Shown here one piece after another: positions 36,925 through 50,418 of a stretch of 64,000 nucleotides of DNA. How positions within the stretch are numbered: the first letter of the stretch is position 1; each line of letters opens with the position of its first letter. The notes beneath the pieces are model-generated. The model saw only the letters and a list, made by a program, of their open reading frames with translations. It was not told the DNA's origin and searched no databases. Made by a program: the position numbers and the translations under genes. This stretch comes from Trichosphaerium sp. ATCC 40318 (Eukaryota > Protista > Tubulinea): contig JALMLS010000397.1 in the NCBI GenBank assembly GCA_038496445.1, positions 124,001 to 188,000 of the forward strand, written 5' to 3'.

Positions 36925-39900
36925 ATGTTCCTCTACTCCTTAACGCTACAAAAGCCCACTGCGATAAGTGATAGTATCTTTGGCCACTTTTCACGAGGTG
37001 ATGCTAATGAAATAGTGACGAATATTGGTACAGCTGTTGGTATTCTGCGTTTAGAAGAAGGTAAAATCGTAAAAGTCGCACAGAACGATTTATTCGCCAA
37101 TGCGCATTCTATCGCGTTACTACGCCGTGAAGGTACGCCATAGGTGACTATTACACAAGTTAAAACAACTTCAGAGATGGGTGTCGATGAAATAGCCGTT
37201 GGTAGCGACTCTGGCAAGATAGTATTCCTGCGGTTTAATTCTCACCACAATGTTTTTGAAAAAACACTTGAAACGCCCTTTTTGGGTTTACCGGGCTGCA
37301 GAAGAGATGTACCAGGTACTGAAGGCGTAAAATACGTTCAAAACACTCAATAAAGGCGGTTCACTAAAAGAACCCGCCACGTTAAATATCAAGTTAACTA
37401 TTAACTAACGCTCAGGACACTACATTGCTGTCGATCCTAGAAATCAAGCCATCATGTCAGCTGCTCTAGAATCAAATCTAACAGCATTTTACATTCCTTC
37501 AATCAATCAAGCACCTGAGCCACCAGCTACACTCAACAAACCGAATACTATTATTTTTGGGCTTATTGGACTGGATGCAGGATACGAGGGGCCTATGTTT
37601 GCTACTTTAGAACTAAACGTGGATTCGCAGTCTCAAACGTCGCAAAAGAGTGTAGTATATTACAAGGTAGATCATGGACCGGTTATACGACAGATTGGTG
37701 CCTTACCAGCGCCAAGAAGTGCAAACAAAATTATACCTTACTTGGGCGGTGTTTTAATCTGCACGGAAGAAAACTTGATTGTTTTCCAGCAAAGAGATCA
37801 AGATCCTATTTCGGCTGAAATGCCAAGAAGAAGGAATAATAATGGTCCTTGTTATCTGATTGTTTCTTACTATACGTCTATCAATACCCAGTATGCCGTT
37901 ATACAGAATGAACTTGGAGATATATTCGTTGTACAGTTGGACGCGGTACGCGGAAAGACTTTTTGACATTTTTTTTTTTCGTGTTTTTTTCTGACAATTG
38001 GAAGTTTTTTTTTTTGTTGGATTTTTCCTCACGTGTGTAATTACTTTTGATGTTTGTCTTTTATACAAGTGAAAGTACTTTGGTTAGTGTATTTTTTAGT
38101 AGTGGAAAAATTTATTTTGTTGAAATTAATAATGGTTTATGTCGACCTTTCTTTTTTTTTTTGACATTCGATTTTTTCTAATTTGACTTGTCAAGTACTT
38201 CTAATTTCTCTTTTTAGGGTAGCCTTAATGTTCATTATGTTGAAACAGTTACTGTTGCTAGCACTCTTCTTGTTGTTGATGAGCAGTACCTATTTGTAGG
38301 TTCAGAATTTGGTGATGAGTACGTGTTAGCAAAGCAACTATTATTCACCCAAAACATTGTGAAAGTTCGCTGCCAGTTTTAAGTTTATCCACATTCTAAC
38401 ACTAAATTAGTGATTGGTATAAAGTTACATCGTTTGGAGACACTGGGATGTTTGTAGATACCTATACCCCAACACCTTCAGGCAAACTTCTTCAACATAT
38501 TGAAAAAATAGCAAATGTCAATCCTATCGGCGACATGAAGGTTAGTTAGATATCATGTTTATGTTGTACGTCTCAAGTGTATCCTCACTGTGTTTTGTTA
38601 GGTATTAAATGTTCTTAATGCTGTTACACCTCAAGTATATTGCTTGTGTGGCACTGGTAGTAGATCTTCTCTTCGCATGCTGTGGCATGGTATGCCTGTT
38701 CAAGAAAAGCTATCAATGAAATTACCTGATCAATTAACAACTGGTGAACCGACCGGATTGTGGACCGTAAAGCTCGATAATGCAGGTACAATCTTGATTT
38801 ATACACCTTTGCCTCTTGCACTTTGTGATCTTGATTCAAAGTAACTGGTTCTCGTTAGATCCATTTCAAAAACACATTGTAATCTCGACACCTCAAAGTG
38901 TTGCCATGATAGTAGTTGGCTCTGATGGTAATATCCATCCTGTAGCAAACAGTGGGTTGGTAAACCAAAGAACCTTTCACGTGTCAAGGTGGGGTACTGA
39001 TTCGTTAATCCAAGTACGCTTAAACTCATTGCTTCGTTGTTTAATTTTGTTTTTCAATCAAGGTTCACTTGACTGGCATTGCTATTATATTGAATGGTAT
39101 GACCGTTGATCGATGGAATGTGCCACCACCAGATAGACGAGTTACTTTAGCAGCTGCAACGCCTACTCAAGTGATAATTGCAATGAACAAAGGTAAGGCT
39201 AAATCTCCAAAGTTGCATTTACTTAACCTATGTTTTATAGGCGAGATTGTTTACTTTGAACGCTCTCCAACAACTGGGAAACTGGATGAAAAAATCAGAT
39301 ACAGATTAGGTGCCGAAATACGTGCTCTTGATATAGGTCCTCCAGACCCAACAACCCTAAAGTACGTGAGCTTAGTGAAGATTTTACTAATTACTTGTAA
39401 TAACAGGTCTCAGTATTTGACTATTGCTGACAGCAGTGATTGTGTTCGTATTTACGTTATAATGGATGGCAATATGCACGCAATGTCACAAATGGTTGTG
39501 AAGAATCCAACGAGTTCTGTATTACTAGCAAACACCGCAAAAGGACTTTCATTGATTGTTGGAATGAAAAATGGATTTTTAATTAGATCTAAAGTTGATG
39601 AAACTACTGGAAAGATTCTTAGTATGAGTACAAAGTACGTTAATTATTTATGCATAATTAGCTTCTAATATGATTTAGGTACTTGGGAAATAGAGCTGTT
39701 CATTTGTATAAGGCTTCTATAAAAGGAAAGAGTACAATTCTTGCTTTGTCTAATCGTACTTGGGTTATTACTGATTATTTTGAGAGAAACCTCATTGTAC
39801 GTTTTTTGGTTCGAAGACTACACCAAAAATTCTAGCAGTTTACTCATCAAATACTCTGAAACCTCCATGACCGGTGTGAAAATTAGTTTTGCTTTGTTGT

Positions 39901-42377
39901 GTTGTGACACGTGCAATCCGGATTTTTTTCGCTTTTTTTTTCGCTTGGTTATTATTTGCACTTACAGTTATTAGACGCCGCTATCTTATCGTGTCGCTGT
40001 TTTTGTATGTCCTTATTCTTCACAATTCTGTCGTGAAGGTATAGTAGCTATATTAACTCCAACAAGCGGTGGACAGTCTCAATTTAGGTACACCAAAGTT
40101 TGACTGTTTTTTTTTGGTTCAATTTGTTCCCAGTTTTGCTTGTTATTTGCAATTGGATTATGCTGTTAGTAACTGTTCTTATTATTATAGGATATTTCAG
40201 TGGATCCCTGATAAGTTAGAACAGACTTTCAGTCAGACGAGTGAAGTTTTATCTTATACTCCACAGGCTTTTATTGTTCACCCTTTTACGAACAATAACT
40301 TGCTTACAATTGAGAGTGATCCTGTTCCAAATAGGCGTACTGGATTAGATATACATGGTGTACGTATAAAGAACACAAAACCAACTACTATTACCAATTA
40401 CGTGCACACATTGAGGTGTCACTATTAACACTTACAATGAAACAACCATATTGTGGCTACTGTTTTAACACTTGTTTAGACTGATGTCGCGCCAAGATGG
40501 ACGTCATGTTTGCGAATGCTCCAAGTGACTAGCAATAGCAACACAACAATCACCACCGAGTCCTATCCAGCGAATGAAGCAGCGGTCAGGTAAAACTAGC
40601 CTAACCTTTGATTCTTTTTCTCGTTTACCTACTTTTGTTTTAACAACACTTGTTTTGTTATAAGCTGTACCAGGGAGGTGTTAATGTTTTTATTCTAGTC
40701 TATGCAGCTGTACATTTAAAAACCTAAAGGGAGAGACCTATGTTTGTGTTGGTACTGCTGTTAACTACGACTCTATACAAAAGGTACTTCTGTTGTTTTT
40801 TTTCGTCACTTTATTTTCATCTTCGATGTGTTTTACTAATACTCTCAAGTCCGCTGAGAAGGGATATATCTATACATACCAACTTGTGAATTCAAGGAAG
40901 AAATTCCAACTTGTTCATAGAACAACACTTAATGGTGCACCAGGTGCAATGACTTCTATTCATGGACTTTTATTGGTTGGTGTTGGAAATGTTTTGGGTG
41001 TTTATGATCACAGGAAGAATGGTTTAGTTCTTAAAGCTGATTGTAAAAGTATATCGTGGCCTATTGTATCTCTTAGTGTTTCTGCTGATGGCCCAACTGC
41101 AACAAGACAACGTATTGTTGTTGCTGACTCTTCAGAGTCTTTTCATTTCTTGGAATATAAACGACATAATAATGCTTTTACTATTCTTGCTGAAGATCAA
41201 GTACCAAGGCACGTGTGTTTGTTAATTTTCTTTATTTAATAGTACTTTAAAACGTTTAAATGCTTACGTTTTTTCTAGGTCTATTACTGCTGCTGTATTG
41301 CTTGACTGTGAAACAATTGCTGGAGGTAACTTTTTACACTTGTATTTTTTCATTGAAGTTCTTTTTTCATGTATACTTTTTTCTGCTTCACTGTACATAT
41401 TCTTTCTGGTGTTTAACTAAGCTTAAATATCCTTGGAGTTATCCTCAAAAACAAATCTCGGGTTTGCATGCAAACACGATTACAAGTGATTAATGTTGTT
41501 TTTTTTATTTGGTTTTATTTAGTGACTCAACTTGTTTTTGACAGGTGACAAGTTTGGTAATATTTTTATAATGCGATTGCCTGAAGACTTTGATGAACAG
41601 AGTAAAGGGAAGAAATTACCTTTGGAGAGTTGGAGTCTGACGTACAACAACAGAGCTTCGGCAAAGGTAAAACTACAAATATAATTTGTTAAAAGCTCTT
41701 TCTCACTTGTTTTGTATTAGCTTGAAACCCTTTGTAATTATCATGTTGGCGACTATATAACGTGCATGGTTAAATGTAATCTAGCACCAGGTACAGTTAT
41801 TTCTGAGAAAAACACTTTGAAATGAAGCACAAAGTGTGCAAACATAAGTGTTTGCTTTTTGGATCAAGTTGATGATTTTTGTGCGTTGATTACTTAGTTC
41901 ACTTTTTTAGGCACAAAAGAGATTATACTATATTCTACAATGACAGGTATCATTGGTGCACTCTTACCAATAACAGATAAAGAAAGTGTCGATTTATTTG
42001 TAAAGTTGGAGTTTTTAATGAAACAAGAATATAAACCACTTTGTGGTAAAAGTCATCATGACTTTAGATCGTCATACTCCTTGTCAAAAGTACGACTTTT
42101 TTTATCATACCATTTCTTTAAAATCTATATTTTCACATAAACCCCACGTGCTTTTTAAGCGGTGAGTGTTGCTGTGGTGGCGCTTTCTGTCGAAACCAAA
42201 AAAAACCCCCAAAATTCGATCTGACATGATTTTTAGAATGTTATTGATGGTGACTTGTGTGAGCGGTTTTATCAGCTTAGTGATGCCGGTCAAGCTGATG
42301 TTGTAAAGAAACTTAAACTTGAGAGTATTGCACTCATGTATCAAAAGATTGAAGCACTAAGAAGTTTGTGTTTGTAA
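36925..42377 (+). CDS. SF3B3: SF3B3/Rse1-like splicing-factor subunit (DDB1/CPSF-A family), divergent, many introns
   Basis: MFLYSLTLQKPTAI; VGSDSGKI; GCRRDVPG; CGTGSRSSLRML; GDKFGN; LCGKSHHDFRSSY; NVIDGDLCERF. Confidence 0.85.
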
Positions 42378-42753
42378 AAAAAAAAACAGAAAAAAAAAGA
42401 ATAAAAAAGTTGACCAAGTATTGACGTCTAGTTGCTCGCAAACGTTTTAATACTTATCAATTTTAGTGCTTGATAAGTTTAAAAACATAAACATAATTGA
42501 TTAAAGGCGCTGCACATAGCTAGGCTACACAATGAGTTCAAATAATTATAGCTAACACGAAACCTTAAATTCTCATCAATTATACATGTTGGCCTAGGCA
42601 CTTGCTGCAGCTCATGTAATCTGTTTATTATAGTAAATAAGTTACTAGAGAAGGTATCAAAGCTACTATTCCTAGACATTTAAATCCGTGAAAATGTGTC
42701 ACATTTTTTCATCAAAATTCCATATTTGCTTTGAAAACTTAAACCAAAGCAGC

Positions 42754-44523
42754 ATGGAAAACATAACAAGCACGTGCTTTGAGAATACTTGTAATGGAGG
42801 CGGTAAATGCCTCGACGAAGGAGAATGTATATGCTTTAACTCACGTTCAGGAGAATGGTACCCACAACAGGTCGTTTATTAATAAATCCGTTCCCGTAGG
42901 TGTCAATTCAAAGCAGCTGGTAATCACGTGGTTATATTGAACTATTTTTAACGTGTTTTGGTAGCTTCTACAGTGTTGGTGTTCAATATAGTTTTTGGGC
43001 TGTGTTTTGGAGCGTTGTGGATCTATACAATGTACGAAAAAGCCATATACGAGCGTAGAAGACTGTATTTGTTAATTTATTTGGTAGATACTGTATCATT
43101 CGTTTTAAAATATATAAACCACCTTATGGTTATAAGGTCATCACTGTCAAACTTCTATGGCTTCTATCTATCATTGGCAGCACGGGTAAAATAAAACAAC
43201 GCACATGTCACGTGCAGTTTTTTTTCAATGTAAAAATGACTTGAAGACGACTGTGGGGTTTATCCTTTTGTAGAATTTTGTGCCCACTGTTCGTTTTTCT
43301 GACCTGTATTTCTTGTAGATGTTTAGATATCTACACAAACTAGATAATTCACCAAGTATCTACATAGATATTACAGTTCTATTCGTTCAAGTCCTACTGT
43401 TGTTCCCCACATGTCGAAACTGCTCATTTTATAAGCGAAATGAAACGTAAGGCCATTCTGTGGGTGGGGAAAAAAAAAAAGTAGGATTTGAATAGAACTG
43501 TATACAACGTTTTCAAAACTTCCATATTTTCCCTTATTTTCAATTATCTAGATATTTCGCAACTAGATAATTCATTATCTAGATATCATCTCGTGGACAA
43601 AAAACGTGATATTTTGTTTGAGTTCTTCGTTTTTTAATAACTCTGATGTAGCCGGATTTATTTTTTCGGTGTTCGATCCCTTGAATACTAGAAACTTGTC
43701 CTGGCAGTTTGTTATGTTCATTGATGCAAATACATACGCTTGCTTGTTCGTAATCATCATTCTTCTTCTTAGACTATGGTACAAATCTAAACTCTTCCTC
43801 TGTTGAAACTGTTGTTAATGGAAGTTCAGGGCGTTGATTGAACCAAGACCAGGGACCTTCATGAAGTTCTTTGTTAGTCACCTTTCTTGGATATTAATTG
43901 GAAGTACGTAATTCTGTGAACAGAGGAGTCTGGTGTAATATTTGTTGTCAGTCTTACACTTTGTAGTACTTGTTAGCATAGAGTTTGGTTATTTTGCTCT
44001 TGTTCTCGGTTCAGGCTTTAGAGCACGATATGTTGGTGGTCTTTTATATGCTATATTCTTTGCTACAGTAGGTATTGTATCTGGTGCTAGTCTACTTTAC
44101 ATGGGGTTCAGAACAAGAAAGATTCTTCGCATAAACAAAGAAACATTCAAATCATTTCGATACAAGGTATCTTATTTTTTTCTGCTTTTTTTTTCTGTTC
44201 ACGTGCCTTACTTGGATTAGATATTTTTGCTTCTTATATCAGAAGGTGTTATATTTACTTCTGGCCTTCTTCTTCTTTTTATCATGACTGCTTTGCTTGA
44301 ATTTGTGTTTACACAGGAAATGGAAGAGCATGTGACGATTGAAGTGATATATCAAGTAATTCAGAGGGTACTTCAAACAGGATTTATTCTTGCTATCGTT
44401 TTCACAATGACACCAGTGAAAAAAACAAAGTCAAGTGGTACTGAAACAAGTACCGAAGGAACAATGAACACATTTGCAACACCAAGTATTGCTGAGAGAA
44501 CAGTGAATACAGTCGACCTGTAA
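42754..44523 (+). CDS. Orphan EGF-like + 7TM receptor, copy F (inverted, outside the tandem array)
   Basis: MENITSTCFENTCNGGGKCLDEGECICFNSRSGEW plus 7 TM segments; ends ATPSIAERTVNTVDL* like copy E. Confidence 0.75.
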
Positions 44524-44749
44524 AAGCTCCTAAGCAAAAATACAGTCGATTTGTAAATATCCGCTGTGAAATTCAACAATAAAGAACTATAACACTGTAA
44601 CAAAGCAGTGCCTAATTAGAAGGTTAATGACTGTAAAGTATAATTTAAGTCTAGGTTAAGAATAAATCAAAAGAGCAACTAGCACGTTTTTAAGCGTCCT
44701 GGCACCCTAATACTAACTTGCTACTTCACAGAATTTACCTTTTCAACAC

Positions 44750-44835
44750 TTCAGTAACCAATGAAGGCATTAAAGCACTTGATGGAGGTAATGCGAAAAA
44801 CCCTTCAGTAACCGATGAAGGCATTAAAGAACTGG
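44750..44835 (+). pseudogene. LRR remnant (two repeats)
   Basis: cttcagtaacc(a/g)atgaaggcattaaag twice = SVTNEGIKAL / SVTDEGIKEL. Confidence 0.5.
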
Positions 44836-45348
44836 GGGAAAATACATTTACACCTTTGGTACAGTGCTAAATGCTATTAAAGGGAATACTATAGAAGGAA
44901 TGAAAGACGTGGAATTTGGAGTACATTCAGCAAACTGTTATTGGTAAGAAGCGAACGTATGGCTGACACTCGACCCGAAAGAAGTTGTTGTCACCTAAAA
45001 AAAGACAAGCCAAAGCTTGTATAGATGTATATGGTTTGTTAATGGGACGCAAACAGAACACGTTGTGGTAATTAGAACATACACCAAGTTAAGAAAAGAT
45101 AAATTTTATTAGGTTCGTATTTACAAAGTACAAGATTTGTAATGGATTCATGGTTCTGAGCGCGTGTACAAGTCGCTGATGGACCGTGCCGATGTATTTT
45201 GCATTTTTTTGCTTGGTACTAGGTTTTGTACCTATGTATCGAACACAGACAAAATTTCAAAACCATTGAGAGCATGTAGAACTTAAAACAAGGACTGTAT
45301 TGCTCGTTGCAAAAAAGAGCCTAAAGTTAAGTGAAACAAAACGTAAGC

Positions 45349-45650
45349 TCATGCAAGAAAAAAAGTCGGATTTAAACGATTTGGTGTAGAATTTACCCTT
45401 GGAGGGTACGGCTGACCTTGAGGATACCCAGGTTGTGTACCATAAGGTTGTGGTGTAGTGTATGGTTGCATTGGTGTGCCGTAAGCAACTGGTTGCTGAG
45501 GTTGAGGTTGTGTTTGATAAACCGGAGTAGTGTTAATTTGTGGAGATACAGTGGTGTGCGTGGTAGCCTTTGTGGTTGGTAATAATATTTCCACCCATTC
45601 AATGAGCTTTTCATTACTGCAGGCCACTCAGATCAAGTAGAACCAAGGAC
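45349..45650 (-). pseudogene. Gene fragment: PH-domain-like C-terminal helix plus P/Q/Y-rich tail
   Basis: WFYLI*VACSNEKLIEWVEILL then QPQPQQPVAYGTPMQPY...; in-frame stop, no start. Confidence 0.3.
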
Positions 45651-45674
45651 CTTTGTTGTACACTGTACATTTAT

Positions 45675-47976
45675 TTACATTGTTTTTTTTTGTAGTTGTC
45701 TCATGCACATACTTTGTGTTTATGATTATCTGGCATCCACCGCTTAAGCGGTAACTCTTGAAATGGTATAAGATACCACTTTAACACAAACACCTGTACT
45801 ATCCCAAACCTAGATATTGAGTTAGAGGTAAACCTCAGAAACATAAGAAAATTATAAGAAAAAACCCCGCTCTCCAGCGTATCTAAAAAACGCCTAGGCT
45901 TACATTATGCATATGATATTCACTAAATAGAATCCATCATATTCAAACTGTCTATGAATTAAATCTGCAATAAAAAGACTCATAGATCCTACCAAAGTAA
46001 GTACATCAATGATAGTAGTTTTTTTTTTTTTCAAAAAGACGACATACTTGGCCAAGCAGAGCTCATGTTATAAACAGTCCATAAAAATGTCATATATGTT
46101 CCGCTTATCGATAGATCACATATTGTTGTAAAAAAAGAACCTATACCAACCATCATCATAGTATTAAGAGTCTAAAAAAAATGCCATCAGAAAGTTAACT
46201 TGGTTAAACGTTTAACGAGGTTCAAAATTTTTTGCTTACTTGAGACAATATCCCTGCTGTGAAGACAATAATGACGTAGATATTTGTAATAGTGCTTGGA
46301 TATATTGATACAATGACCATACCAACAGGAATCAAGCACAGCCGCGCAATAAAGGCAAGGAAAAACTAAGAAACAAAATTTCAGAAAAAAAGCAAACAAC
46401 CAAACAATATTTGTTAGGACGCACTGCATGTAGAGGTTGTTTTTTGATGTATGGAGAACAATACAATGTTACTGCGATCTGTACAGGAAGATCAACTATT
46501 GCTGCTAATGCATACAGATGCCTTGGAAAGCCTTTTGCAATAAGCCTCAATGCAAGCAAATTATCAACACCAGCAAAAGGTAACCTATCCATGATTAAGG
46601 ATAACATTACTTCAACGTGATATGTACCTGCTCATTAGTAATATACATATCAACAATCGCACATCTTTTCAGTGAAGGTGGAAATAAGCAGAATAGTAAA
46701 AAACGACATTAAAAAAAGGGTGAGTAATGCCAGCGCATTCCCAAAATGTGTTAACTCACATTGGATACTTTTTAGCATAGCTATTTGTCCAATGAGTTTA
46801 TAAACGCCTTTGATAGATAATGTAGGTTCATCTAATGATAACGTTGCTCTTGGTTTCTCTGACTTGAACAAGAGACCGACATTAACTACTAGGTAAATGA
46901 AACCAATCATAGCCATGTACTAATACAAATATAAATGTATGTATTTCGATTGAAGTTAAATTCTCAGCGTAGCCTGTACGTACAGTGCTTAGAGATAATA
47001 TTGGCTTATCAACATCTGATGTTCCGAGATAATGTGTACAGAATTCTCCAGAATTGAGCGCAAGAAACACAGTGAATGATAAGAAAAATCCAATTCGGAG
47101 ACCTATAGTCTATGTTATTGTATTAGTGTCATTAAGTTTAAACCGATTACTAACTTGGCATGTTACAGCGTAAGACCTGTTCTGAGCGTTGAGTATAGAT
47201 ATTGCCCAGCCATCAACAGCGATATCTTAAAAATAAAATCATTAAAGACACGAATATTGTTTTTACAAAAATGGAGAAAACAGAGCCACGTGGCATGCCC
47301 ACACAACTACAAAATTTACTCCGTGTACCTTGTGTAGCAACGATAAGTATTAGTACAAAGAAGGTACTTATAATCAACCTACAAGGATGAAATTAAAACT
47401 AATTTACAACCAAAGTTGTGGTTTTTGCATAATAAAGAAAAAAAAAAACGTTTGTGCGCACGTGATGTTCATTGGGTCTTCAAGAGCGCTCTCAATGAAT
47501 GTGCTCATGTAAATCATTAAAAATGCTACAGAGAAACCTAAAGGTATGACCCATGATTTACGTCGGCCTTTTAGGTACACTGTTAGAAGCGCTAAACGCC
47601 ACGTAGGCTTTTTTTTACTGAAAACGTACCAAATGATTCAAAGTATACAGAATCTACTACTGGTGACCTTTTATAGTATTATTGTGGCGTATATACGCTG
47701 TTTAAGGCTTACCAGAAAAATTTCAAGCTGTAGGGATAACGCGCGAACGAGAATAAACCTAACGTATGTAGTGACGCTTTACGCTCTTGTAGGATGAATG
47801 GCATGGACATATACTGTATTCATCGTTAACACGGTTTTAATAGCGTAAACGCACGCTCAATCCTACTGCGATCCCCTGGATAGCATCTTTGACATGTCAG
47901 AGTAGAAAAATAGCGTAAACTTACACAAAAATGTCAAGAGGATCAAATCCGGCCATTGGGAAACCGATTTGAGCAT
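45675..47976 (-). CDS. MFS acetyl-CoA transporter AT-1/SLC33A1-like (multi-exon)
   Basis: LILLTFL|YAIQGIAVGL; GRRKSWVIP; DIAVDGWA; FLSFTVFLALNSGEFC; ISGTYMTF; DGFY. Confidence 0.8.
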
Positions 47977-48216
47977 ACCACTGTTGGTTTAAGTAAAATT
48001 CAATGGAATTGTTGTGATAAATAACTTCTCCTTACAACTGTTTTGCAATTCAACTCTGGTCAACCCCTAAAAAGGCATGTTGGAAATGTCCGTTACAATC
48101 AATTATAGTGCACTAAAGTATGCTGGTAACACCATGCGCTAGTGATGCGCTCATGTTCGACAATCACTAAAATGATGTTTGTACAATTTACTTTATTTTC
48201 ATTACAATACTATCAC

Positions 48217-48942
48217 TTAGAAATCTTCAGCCAAAGTCTCAACGTATGGTGTTCCTTGAACCACATGGAGTTTTTCAGTACACACCCCATCATCATATAC
48301 TTCTTTATATACTTGACCATTCTCTATGAAGACCTGTACTCCGTGATGCTTGCCATACTTAAAAAACTCATGTAATGTCAAGTTACCATTTTCGTCCCAC
48401 TCACGTGTGACACCATCAAGAACGTCATAGTTATATGTCGTTTGACTCTTGATTGTACCGTCTCTATGGTACTCCTTATGGACGCCATTCTTCTTGCCTT
48501 CTAAATAGCCACTCTCTGAAGCTAACCAATAACACCCAGACCACTCGTAGTACTTGTAAACGCCGTTGTAAGCTCCGTTCAGTAACTGGCATTCATGTCG
48601 CAGTTTACCGCTTAGATCCCACGCACGGTATCTACCAGTCTTTTGACCATGCACAAACTTCTGCTCAGTTACTAAGCGTCCCTGTACGGCATGCCAACAA
48701 TACCACCATCCGTGTTTTTGCAAGTTTAAGTCGAATCGGGATTGTTTACAGCAAGCCATGTCATAGCAAAGCAGAGGCCACGCAATATACACTTCACGTA
48801 TTTTAAGCAGTTTTTTTTTAATTCGACAAGGTAATGCAGCTAACCTAAACGTTTAGTTAGCTCTGTTGGCGGTTTTAAAGATTTTGTGTCTGTTGTAACT
48901 AAAATTAGTTTGTTCGGCACGGAAGAGCGTACACTTTGCCAT
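48217..48942 (-). CDS. MORN-variant (MORN_2) repeat protein with F-box-like N-terminus; 5' end uncertain
   Basis: GKKNGVHKEYHRDGTIK, DVLDGVTREWDENGNL repeats; frame extends upstream to AALPCRIKKKLLKIREVYIAWPLL. Confidence 0.75.
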
Positions 48943-49146
48943 AATCGATAATTCCATCGTTATTAGTTTGCGTTGAGCTACTTTTAGAGTCTCTGTGGTT
49001 ACTCATCTTGTGATCTCAATCCAAGCAGTGTATGTTGTTTAATGGGGTACGAACCAATTCTTGTTGTTCTTTCAGTAGATGCGTTTATTGCGGCGATTAT
49101 TCAATATAAAAACCGACAATGATTCACTGATTTCAATTAGTTTTTT

Positions 49147-50272
49147 TTACTGTTGTACATACAAGTGCTTATTTGGAGCTTCTATTGCCATTTTTAATGA
49201 TATGTTCATTACAGACTGCTGTAATGGTGATAAAGGAGCGCTTTTGACGGCAGTATCTGATTGATTATTCCAAGGAGAAAAAATAAACTCTTGTTTTCCT
49301 TCTATGCTAGTACCCTTTCTTCCTAAGAAAGAAGCTTAACTAAGGACTCAACAAAGCATAAGTACTCCCTATATAGAGTTATTACATACCTATGTGAACC
49401 AATACATATCCAAGACAGGCTCTTCTACTTGTAATAGCTGCATGGAGTTGTTGTTCTTTAGCATCAAAATTACCAGTTTTATGAGCGAGAGCTTTACTTA
49501 ATTCTGGTCCTTTGGGGACCTTCAAAGACGTGATAACACCATTTATATCTATAACAACACTACTGAGATACCTTGTATTATCACCTACAACAAATTAGAC
49601 ACGATAGAGGTGCTTACGGGTCAGATTTGGCCTGACAAAACTACAACTTCAAAATAAGTACTTACCAACGTTGAAACTCATTTTACCGGCTGTGTCTGCA
49701 AATATTTTAGATTGTAACATGTCAAGGTTAGATCTCGCGCTTTTGCAAATAACTTGTATGTCTTTAGTGGGTGAACTCTTTAGTTCATCGCTGTATTTGG
49801 CAGCAAGTGTTGAAACGGTTAACATGTCTTGTGTTGCCTTGTTTGAAGCGTCTTTTGATGCACTGAGCTTGAATTGTTCTATCGCAGCCAAATAATCGCG
49901 TTTTAGCATCAAAACGGAACCTATACGCTTATTGAGCCAGATTCGATTTGTAGTTTTTATAATCTAAGTGCATTGTGGTTGCGTGCCTTTGCGATAATAG
50001 CCTTTAAACCACTCTGGTTTAACTGAAATTGCTTTTTCTGCGTCCGCAAGCGCTTCATCGTATTTATTAGCGTAGGCATACGCCGCAGAACGGTTACTGT
50101 ATAAAATTTCGTTGCTGTCATCTAATTTAATACCTTTTCATTCATTAGCAACGCGTACGCTTCGCAAACTACCTAACGTACCCTCACTGTACAGATTTAT
50201 AGCTTCAACGAACTTGCGCGCTGCGTAAGCTTTGTTGCCTTTGTTTTTAAGTTCTAGAACTTCAGGATCCAT
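49147..50272 (-). CDS. TPR-repeat protein (STI1/SGT-like TPR N-terminus), multi-exon
   Basis: LKNKGNKAYAARKFVEAINLYSE; LYSNRSAAY...ALADAEKAISVKPEWFKGYYRKG. Confidence 0.8.
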
Positions 50273-50418
50273 TGCAGAGTTTATCAGTACTAACAAATGG
50301 ACTTGGTCAACTATGGTTTTTTGGCAGTCAGCTTAAACTTACATTGTGCATCATTTTGTGTCGCTGCACGTGCTGGTAACTTAACCAACGCTTTAGGCGT
50401 AGTATAAATTAAACATTA

